Made by a program: the position numbers and the translations under genes
DNA from: Octopus vulgaris
Taxonomy: Eukaryota
Assembly (NCBI GenBank): GCA_951406725.2
Contig: OX597817.1
Coordinates: 55,862,001 to 55,926,000, forward strand
Direction of reading: 5' to 3'
Length of the DNA stretch: 64,000 nucleotides
The notes under the pieces: model-generated
Seen by the model: only the letters and a program-made list of their open reading frames with translations
Database searches by the model: none
What the model was told of the DNA's origin: nothing
Shown: piece after piece, positions 53,871 to 64,000 of the stretch
How positions within the stretch are numbered: the stretch's first letter is position 1
Layout of the letters: the number at the start of each line of letters is the position of its first letter

Positions 53871-54091
53871 TCTTGTTGCTATTATTGACGGTTAGAGTTC
53901 TGGAAAGTACTATTCTGGCAATTATATTATCATACACGGCCTATTTCAATAGATTTTCCGTAAATATTCCATTAGAATCAAGTGTGGCAGCCTGTGTAAT
54001 TGGAAATTCCAATGAATTATAACCGTCAATATTTCCAAGTCACCATTACTTTATCCTCTAACTTCATCTGTCTTTCTATATGACGCTACAA

Positions 54092-54148
<57 letters not shown>

Positions 54149-54162
54149 CTAGGTACAGGAAT

Positions 54163-54302
54163 AGGTGTGTGGTATGTAGCTTACTTACCAGCCACATGGG
54201 TTCCGAGTTCAGTTCCATTGGGTAGCACCTTGGGGAAGTGTCTTCTACAATAGCCTCAGGCCGACCAAAGCCTTGGTAGACGGAAACTGAAAGAAACCCG
54301 TC

Positions 54303-54364
<62 letters not shown>

Positions 54365-54578
54365 ATATATATGTGTATGTGTATGCTTGTGTGTCTGTGT
54401 TTCTCCCCCCAACATCGCTTGACAATCGATGTTAGTGTGTTTACATCCCCGTTAGAAGAGGGACCGATAGGATAAGTACTAGGCTTAAAGGAGTAAGTCC
54501 TTGGGTCGATTTGCTCGACTAAAGACGATGCTCCAGCATGACCGCAGTAACATGACTGAAACAAATAAAAGAATAAAA
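54163..54578 (+). mobile_element. SINE family B
   Basis: Colinear with 35092-35650. Confidence 0.85.
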
Positions 54579-54590
54579 AATATAAAACAT

Positions 54591-54631
<41 letters not shown>

Positions 54632-55054
54632 CACGCATATATAAATATATATATTCACACGCGCACACACACATACACACACAAACGTACATATTTCTGT
54701 AAAGATTTTTGCATCTATGTATAGATATATGAGTATACATACATATATTTAAATATATATATACATATATACGTATATATGTATATACACACACACACAC
54801 ACACGCACACACACACACACACGCACACAAACACATTACACCTTTTACCTTTCGTTTCAGTCATTTCAAAGCGGTCATTCTGGAGTACCGGTTTGAAGAG
54901 TGTAGTCCAGCAAGTCGACTCTTGTACACAATTTTTCATCCTCGTACTTATCCAATTGGTTTCTCTCATTAAATTACGGGACCGTAACCCAACGAACAGC
55001 GGTTGTCAAGCGGTGGGGGGGAAAACAAACAAGCCAAAGACGCAGATAAATACA

Positions 55055-55116
<62 letters not shown>

Positions 55117-55139
55117 ATATGTGCATGTGTGCATGTGTG

Positions 55140-55185
<46 letters not shown>

Positions 55186-55309
55186 GATGTATATATACAT
55201 ATATACATGTATTTATGTATATACATAAATATATAGATAGATAGATGTATATATACATATAGACATGTATTTATATATATATATATATATATACATTGAT
55301 ATCTATCTA

Positions 55310-55347
<38 letters not shown>

Positions 55348-56332
55348 TACATATATATATATATGTATACATACATACACACACACACACACACAACACA
55401 TATATATATATATATATATATATGCATAGAGATAGTGCATATTTGTAGTATATTCGGCAAGCGATTGTTCCACATTAAACAGAGGAAAATCCATTGGGGT
55501 GGCCTCTTTCGAAGTCGTAATGAATTCTTTCACTGTCTGCCAATTGATTCGATATGGACAGTTTTAAGCAGGCAGCCAGATCAACACAGCTGCACACTAC
55601 TTCATCATCATCATCATCATCATCATTATCATCATCAAACACCACCACCACCACTACACCCTATACAGCCTTATACACTTCTGCACCTACCCCCAACCCG
55701 TGCACAATATATCGATTTGTGGTGGTTGTGTTTGTAGCCGAGATTGCAAGAAGAAATTTCATCTCGGTAATTGTAGCGTCAATTGGAAGTTGTGGCTGGT
55801 TGTTGCATGTTTTTGTGGTTTGTGGGTATGGCTGGGAGGTAGGGGAGAGAACTTGGGTTTTTTTGTTTGTTTTTTATTTATTTTTTTTTTTTTCGTTTGT
55901 CTACTGTTGGTGGTGTGGGTAATGGGGGGTGTTGCAGAGGGAGCGCTGTTGTAGGTTTTAGTAATTGATGTTTTAGTTGTTGTTGTCGTCGTCGTCGTTG
56001 TTGTTGTTGTTGTTGTTGGTGGTGGTGTGGTGGTGGTGGTGGTGGTGGTGGTGGTGTTGGTGGTAGTTACTGGAAACACTTTTATGGAACAAATATTGAT
56101 GAAATATCGAGGTGCGAGATTTTGTATTGGTGTTTGTTGTGTATGTTTGTCTGTGTTTGTGTGAGATGAATGTGTGCGCGCATGTTTGCATGTTTGCGCG
56201 CGTGTGTGTGTGTCTGTGTGTGCATACATATATGTATATATACATATACACACACACACATTATATATATATATATATATATACACATGCATACATATAC
56301 ATATATATGTATGTGTATGTATATATACATAC

Positions 56333-56390
<58 letters not shown>

Positions 56391-56534
56391 GCATACATAT
56401 ACATATATATGTATGTGTATGTATATATACACACATATATATAAATATATATACGTGTATATATATATATATATATATATACGCATTTATGTATATATAT
56501 ATATATATACACGTATATACTACATAAAGGCATG

Positions 56535-56575
<41 letters not shown>

Positions 56576-56959
56576 GTGGGTGTCGGTCTAGGGAGAGAGA
56601 CAGACAGAGAAATTAAAGGAGGGGCAATGTTATATTTATGGAAGACAGCTGGATAAACCTTAGATATTACAACCCCACTCAGTGACCCCTCCACCAAATC
56701 CTTGGGTAGCTTTCACTGTTTACTCATTTTTGTACAAACATACAGAGCAGACCAGACGAGACCAAACCAGATCAAACCAGTACCTGCCTAAACTTTCCCG
56801 CCCATATTTCTCTTGCTCATATTGATCCCTAATTCTGCACGTTCTTGTGGGGCTGATACGGCTGGCCGTCAGTCCGATCAGTCTCACTTCTACGTGAGCA
56901 GTGAGGCTTTGAATTCTAACTTTTTATTCACACAACATCTCTCCTCTGCCTCTTCAGCC

Positions 56960-57312
56960 TCGTGGCACACGGTCTGTTACGATGACGAGGGTTCCAGTTG
57001 ATCCGATCAACGGAACAGCCAGGTCGTGAAATTAACGTGCAAGTGGCTGAGCACTCCACAGACTCGTGTACCCTTAACGTATTTCTCGGGAAGATTCGGC
57101 GTGACACAGAGTGTGACAAGGCTGGCCCAACAGAAACAGGAAGAAAGAGTGATAGAGTGTTGTGATGAAAGAGTACAGCAGGGTCGCAAGCACCCCATGC
57201 CGGAGCATCGTGGATCTTTAGGTGTTTTCGCTCAATAAATAATCTCAACGCCTGGTTAGGGAATTGAAACCGCGAGTCCGCTGCCCTAACCACCGGGCCA
57301 CTGCGCCTCCAC
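56960..57312 (-). mobile_element. SINE family C (tail type 3 variant)
   Basis: Head gtggaggcgcagtggcccggtggttagggc; tail gaaattaacgtgcaagtggctgagcactccacagac. Confidence 0.85.
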
Positions 57313-57379
57313 TCTTGTGCCTAGCTTATAATATGTAGTAATATTGATTGCTGATGTGTCTTTTTGCGTTAATTCTTTT

Positions 57380-57780
57380 ACTTAGACTGCGGCCATGCTG
57401 GAGCACCGGGTTTTAGTTGAATGAATCGACCGCTTTAATTTTTTTTTAAATTATAAAACCTCGTACATATTCTGTGGTGTCTACGGCCGAACTGCTAAGT
57501 TACGGGACGTAAACATGCCTACATCAGTTGTCAAGCGATAGTTTCTAGTAACCACCACCACCACCACCACACCACAACAACAACAACACCTGGGCCTATA
57601 TACACACACATACACACAAACACACATGGGCTTCTTTCAATTTCCGTCTACCAAATCTACTCGCAAGGCTCTGGTCGATCTAACGCTACAGTAGAAGACA
57701 CACTTGCCGACTGGAGTACCATTCAGTCGGACTGAACCCACAACAATATGGTTACGAAGCAAGCTTCTTACCACCACAGA
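57380..57780 (-). mobile_element. SINE family B, diverged
   Basis: gactgcggccatgctggagcacc...gggcttctttcaatttccgtctaccaaatc. Confidence 0.75.
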
Positions 57781-58265
57781 GCTATCTATAATATTGTAAT
57801 AACAGTGGTTCCTTTATTCTCGTTAATATATCTACCGTTACACTATAATCTGACCAGTCCATGCAATAATCATAATAAGAATTACATAATGGATTGCATT
57901 TCTCATGCAATAATAATTACACCAAAGCGTAACAAGGTCACATTGTAATAATGATGATTGCATCAAAATATACCTGACGCACATAACTGCTGTAATAATT
58001 ATAGAATAACATACGCAAACCCTGACAGCATCATAGTAATGATTACGCCATAAACTCGCTAGCTCGTACAATAATATTAATGATCTTTTCTACTTTAGGC
58101 ACAAGATATGAAATTTTGGAGGAGAAAGTCAGACGATTAGATTGGCCCCAGTACGCAACTGGTACTTAATTTATCGACCACGAAAAGCAAAGTCGACGCA
58201 ATGGGACTGGTACCATGTAGTTGGGAAGCAAGCTTCTTATCACACAGCCACGTACATATGTGTGC

Positions 58266-58337
<72 letters not shown>

Positions 58338-58794
58338 ATCAAGAAGAGAGAATCAAATTAACGGACTGTTAAATTGAAACTTGGTGACAAAAAGGTGAAC
58401 CACAGTGATGACATCACTTTGTGGCTTGTTTTCTGGGTTTTATATATTAGAATGCCACATGTTGTGCTAAGATTAAAACGCATGTGAACATGTAGGGGAA
58501 TAAACACTCTACCCTAAGGATGTGCACACTTGCTCGATATTCAAGGACTTGTAGAGGAATCGTCCATCTTGAGAGACCGATATGACACATTCGTACTCAG
58601 TTCTATGAATAAATCGTAGCGACATAGAATGCGGGGCCTATAAAATAATGATAGTCATGAAATCTTGAGATTTATACAAGGATGTAGAGGTGAAATATGG
58701 AACACATCGGCATTATGTACCATAACATTCACATGCAAACGATCAGGAAAAACAGGAGAAAACCCTGACCGGTTTTGACTTGGTCAAATAAATA

Positions 58795-58945
58795 TTCTCT
58801 TCTACTGTAGACAATAAGGCCCAACATTTCTGGGGGTGGGGGGAAGTCGATTAGATCGACCCCATTACGCAACTAGTACTTAATTTATCGACCCCGAAAG
58901 TATGAAAGGCAAAGTCGACCTCGGTGGAACTTGAACTCAGAACAT
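58795..58945 (-). mobile_element. Partial SINE family A (another partial copy at 58085-58200)
   Basis: tacttaatttatcgaccccgaaagtatgaaaggcaaagtcgacctcgg. Confidence 0.8.
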
Positions 58946-59074
58946 AAATATTGGACACACAGACTTGTATATAATACTCAGAGCTAAAAATATACATACA
59001 TGGAAACATACAAATATGCAGACAGGAAACTACACGCACAAACGCACACAAACACACACTCACATAGTTCTATG

Positions 59075-59437
59075 TTTCTTTACTTCGTTTCAGACATGCC
59101 TGTGCGTTCATGCTGGAGCACCACTGAGATTTTGTACTTTTGAATATCATTGTTCGTGGCTGGTTTCTTCAGAGTAATAGAATTTATATCAACACTTCTG
59201 TATCTGCTTTTTACCGTGGTAGCTGACCCATTTGTGGTGTTGTTGACCCCTTTCAACTAATTCAATAGCTCTGCCCTCATCTCTACCTCATGCCGAACCG
59301 TTAGTTCTTTCGCATTTCTGGATAAAGAGAATGTCCGGTTCGCTTGAAGACATCAACGTCAAAGATTTATTTCGATTCTTAAAATTTTTTGGCAGGGCAT
59401 TGAAGAGATGTGGGTCTTTGAAACCTAAGCAATAGTT
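59075..59437 (-). mobile_element. Old CR1-group LINE 3' end
   Basis: NYCLGFKDPHLFNALPKN resembles CNSLGFRGPQLFNILPKC; tail gtggtgctccagcatg...gaaac. Confidence 0.7.
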
Positions 59438-59914
59438 ATATATATAAAGGAATACAAAATATGGGACAAGGACACAAAACATCCAGATAGATGATACAAA
59501 ACAGGGACAAGAAACAAGGACGGTTCATTCGGAGTTTTCTTCCAGATTATCTTTACAATTTCGGTTGGTTATACTCGAGATTTCGCCAATCTGACCAGCA
59601 TCAAGGAAAATCTAAGCTAAGAGCACCAGATTCATTGGAAGAAAGCAGCGAATGTATACGAAAACAAGGGCTGAAAAAGAAACGGAGAAATGGTGCATAA
59701 ATATAAATGCAAATAACAGAATAACAACAAGTGCCTTTCGACTAGGGACGAAAACAAGCTAGTGAAAAACGTGAAGATAGACTCAGAAGATCTAGGGGAA
59801 ATCCGAGAGTAGTGCTGGTATGTGGATGAGGAGAGGTACTGAATGTTCGGGAAGTGGTTCAGATATGCAATTCCAAAGAGTAAGAATTTCAGTAAGGATC
59901 AAACCGTTTTTTCT

Positions 59915-60030
59915 TCTTCCTTTCTGTTGAAGAACGGATGCACGAAACGTAAAACTCTTTTTCCCGATCGTCAAGCTAATACACTTGCTTGTTCATACAC
60001 CTGTCTACGTCATTTGTCTTTCAACAAATA
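59915..60030 (+). mobile_element. PLE-type pLTR repeat with decayed hammerhead (59917-59955)
   Basis: ttccttt-CTGTTGA-a-gaac-ggat-gcac-GAAA-cg-TA-aaac, then ctaatacac.tg.ttgtt..acacctgtct.cgtc as in the 20040 and 33505 copies. Confidence 0.6.
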
Positions 60031-60031
60031 T

Positions 60032-60063
<32 letters not shown>

Positions 60064-60069
60064 CTTAAA

Positions 60070-61208
60070 TCCTTAAAATGTTTTAGCCCGAAGGCCGCGG
60101 CCATGCTGGGGCACCACCGCTGAATGAGCTACACTAATTTGTGAATCCACATCTGATACGTGGCACTTGATCAACAAGGGACTTCGATGCTGCAGCCCGC
60201 ATCTACGTCTCCTGTCGTGAGGTAGGTTCATCTGGGACTCCCGACAAGAACAGATCCAGTTTAGTTTTAAAGAAACCCACATCCACACCATGTAAGTCTC
60301 TCAGGCATTTAGGGAGGATGTTAAAGAGCTGTGGTCCTCTGAAACCCAAGCTGTTGCAGTATCTGGACCTGTATTTTGATGGTGATGTTGGAATATTTGG
60401 CACCATGCAGTGGCGCGCCGTTCTACGGTTGAGGTAACTTTGAATGCCAAAGTTTGGGACAAGACCCTCCAGGATTTTCCAGATGTATATCACCGCATAT
60501 CTCTCCCGCCTCCGCTCTAGGGAGAAGAGGTTTAATACCTTCAGTCTTTCCCACTAGCTGATATTTTGCATTGAGACGATTTTCTTTGTGTAGCTTCTCT
60601 GAATTGCTTCGAGTTCTGCTGTTAGTTTTATATTGTGTGGTGACCATAGTTGGGAGCAGTAGTTCAAGCGGCTGAGGGCGAATGTTTTCCATAGGACCAT
60701 CAGTGTCTCCTCCTCTCTTGTTTTGAAAGTTCGGAGAATCCATCCAGATTAGCAACATGTACTTGGAAAGATGCATCATTGCTCATGTCAATGCCCAGGT
60801 CACGCACTGATTTTGACTCAGGGATTGCAATTCTTCCTGGGCCAGTGTATCCAGTCTGCACGTCGTTTACCTTTGTGTGCCAGTAACGCAGGGCTTGGAA
60901 CTTACCTGCATTAAACTGCATGTTGTTGTCCTCAGCCCACCTGTATATTGTGACCAACTCCTGTTGCAGATGCGCAATATTTTCAGGGTTTTGTATTGCG
61001 TGGGAGACTTTTGTGTCATCTGCATAGCTAGGAAGGGTGCTCATCGTAGCAACTGAAGGCATGTCTGAAAGGGCCACTATGAACATCAGTGGCCCCAAGA
61101 CACTGCCCTGTGGGACACCGCTTGTTATTTGTGTTTCCTTGGAGGTGGCTCCATTGCTCACAACTGCCTGTTTTCAGTCTTTTTGGAAGTTGTGCAGCCA
61201 CTCTCCAT
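60070..61208 (-). pseudogene. 5'-truncated CR1-group LINE (RT C-terminal half to 3' end) with frameshifts
   Basis: [79 protein letters not shown]. Confidence 0.92.
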
Positions 61209-61216
61209 GTATATAC

Positions 61217-61250
<34 letters not shown>

Positions 61251-61273
61251 ATATACACATACATGTATATATG

Positions 61274-61307
<34 letters not shown>

Positions 61308-61373
61308 TACATGCATAGACATATGTATATATATATACTTACATATATATATACATGCATATGCATGTACATA

Positions 61374-61413
<40 letters not shown>

Positions 61414-62211
61414 TATTTATATATATATATGCGTGTGTGTGTGTTTATAGAAAAAGACGCAAAAATTCACTTATGTGCGTGAGATTTGGCCAAGTGTTGT
61501 CTATCTTGTCTAATTGTGAGTGTGTGTACGTGTATAATATGAACATATATATGTAAATGTATAGAATATAAATACATTGTGCGTATGTATATCACATATT
61601 ATATGGTATATACCTAAGTATGTATATATGTATATAGATATATGCATGTGTATATATAGACAAGAAATCAGATGGAAAGTACCCTCCCCCGCCCCAAAAA
61701 GCTCGGATAGAAACTGAAAGTAGTATTTATGTATTAAATATGTTGGTTTGTGTGCGCGCGTGTGTAAATACATGTTTGTGCATGTGTTGTAAGAAACGCA
61801 AAACTTTGCAAGTATACTACTAATATTACCCCCTACTCATCATACATGTACTCTTTCTTTTCACATTAATTTGGGGATATTCGTGCATCCATACGTCAAT
61901 ATTATATATTTATATATATAGGCTCTCTCTCTATATATATACGTTGATATATAGTTTTATATATTTGTATACATATGTATATATATACACACACATATAT
62001 ATACATATATACATATACACATATATATGCACAAAAATAGATATACTTACGTGGGAACGTTGCGGGAAAATCATCATGTTATACAATATGTTTGTGATTT
62101 CAAAAGCCACTCTACAAATATGTATAGGCATATACACACTAGCAGCTATGTGCACGTATGTATTCTCACACTACACTAAATATGTATAATATATATTACA
62201 CACATTACATG

Positions 62212-62320
<109 letters not shown>

Positions 62321-62324
62321 ATTA

Positions 62325-62493
62325 TCTTTTATTTGTTTCAGTCATTTGCTGGAGCACCGCCTTTAATCAAGTGAATCAACTGCAGAACTTATCCTTTGTA
62401 AGACTAGGACTTATCCTATCGTTCTCTTTTGCCAAACCACTAAGTTACGGTGACATAAACACATCAAAATTGTGGACAAACACAGACACACAA
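62325..62493 (-). mobile_element. SINE family B, 3' half
   Basis: tttgtttcagtcatttgctggagcaccgcct...ctaagttacggtgacataaacac. Confidence 0.75.
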
Positions 62494-62535
62494 ACATATA
62501 TATGTGTGTGTCTATGCGTATATATATATATATAC

Positions 62536-62611
<76 letters not shown>

Positions 62612-62658
62612 CAATTATCAACCTATCATCTTTTTATCTATGTCTGTCTACATATATG

Positions 62659-62705
<47 letters not shown>

Positions 62706-62925
62706 ACATATATAAAATAAATGTATATATTTATAGCTTTATTCGTATATCTGTGTGTGATTGAGCTTGTATATAAATATATTTACGCATGTATGTATAC
62801 GTATATTCATACAGATAAACAAATGCACATACATACATGAAGTAATGTATACGTATATGTATATATATGTATGTATTTATGCATGTATGTATGTATGTAT
62901 GTATGTATGTATGTATGTATGTATG

Positions 62926-62972
<47 letters not shown>

Positions 62973-63338
62973 ATATATATTCAATATTTATATACATATA
63001 TTTGTATGTATATTTATATATATACATGTGCGCAATTTAAGTATATATAGATGAATTGTTATGACAGTGGTAAGCATACACACATACATACATATTTACA
63101 TACATACACACATACATACATAGATACATGCATACATGCATACATACATACATACTTGCACATACATATCTACAAATACATACATACGTACATACACACA
63201 CACATACATACATACACGCACACATACATACATACATACATACACATACATACATACATACATACATACATACATACATACATACATACATACATACATA
63301 CACACACACATACATACATACATACATACATACATACA

Positions 63339-63372
<34 letters not shown>

Positions 63373-63402
63373 CATACATACATATACATATACATATATA
63401 TT

Positions 63403-63449
<47 letters not shown>

Positions 63450-63468
63450 TATATATATATATACATAC

Positions 63469-63557
<89 letters not shown>

Positions 63558-63675
63558 TGGAGTCATTCTTGTTGTTTATTTTGATTATAATCAAAGATTA
63601 TAATCACAGATATATATATATATATACATATATTTTATGTATGTATAATATACCTATGTACATTTACATATACAC

Positions 63676-63982
63676 AGGAGAGGGTGGCTATGTGATAAGT
63701 AGTTTCCTTACCAACCGCATGGTTCCATGTTCAGTCCCACTGTGTCTCTCCTTGAGCTAGTGTGTTCTACGTCCCCGACCGAAGCCTTGTAATGGATTTG
63801 ATGGACGGAAACTTGAAACCCTTCGAAGTTCATGTGTTTGTCAAACATCACTTGACTACCGATGCCGTCCCCGTATTAGAAGTTCAATCCGATACAATAA
63901 GACCTGGTTTCGATTTGCTCGACTAAATGGCGTGCCCCAGCATGGTCGCAGTCAAATGACTGATACAAGTAAAAGAATAAAA
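63676..63982 (+). mobile_element. SINE family B lacking the central microsatellite
   Basis: Head ggagagggtggct.tgtgataagtagtttccttaccaacc; tail gtgccccagcatggtcgcagtcaaatgactga. Confidence 0.8.
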
Positions 63983-64000
63983 TAAATATATATATATATA

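Noticed and set aside
55440-55600. Unique island with two partly open minus-strand frames
   Set aside because: No convincing splice sites or recognisable motif.
56605-56715. Minus-strand peptide [17 protein letters not shown], faintly like an ERGIC-family N-terminus
   Set aside because: An in-frame stop lies immediately upstream and there are no usable splice sites; probably coincidence.

Overview
AT-rich eukaryotic intronic/intergenic DNA saturated with microsatellites. The SINE families and repeat content point to an Octopus (coleoid cephalopod) genome, which is an inference. There is no intact protein-coding gene, and almost all listed ORFs are microsatellite read-throughs. Recognisable content: four families of tRNA-derived SINEs (many copies, several with clear TSDs); decayed CR1-group, RTE, Tx1 and R4/Dong LINEs; Penelope-like element (PLE) remnants; two Tc1/mariner remnants; MITEs; and a few possible short minus-strand host exons. 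Highlights: (1) a full-length U6 snRNA copy fused directly to the 3' tail of a CR1-group LINE (52456-52623); (2) about nine hammerhead-ribozyme-like motifs in five families, including one behind a tRNA-like Pol III head and a type-II-topology pair in direct repeats with a retrozyme-like layout; (3) a covarying double stem-loop 3' tail shared by LINEs, SINEs and the U6 chimera; (4) a 960-bp near-perfect fold-back palindrome; (5) combinatorial head/tail swapping and a recurrent tandem junction among the SINEs. All calls were made by eye, with no database search.
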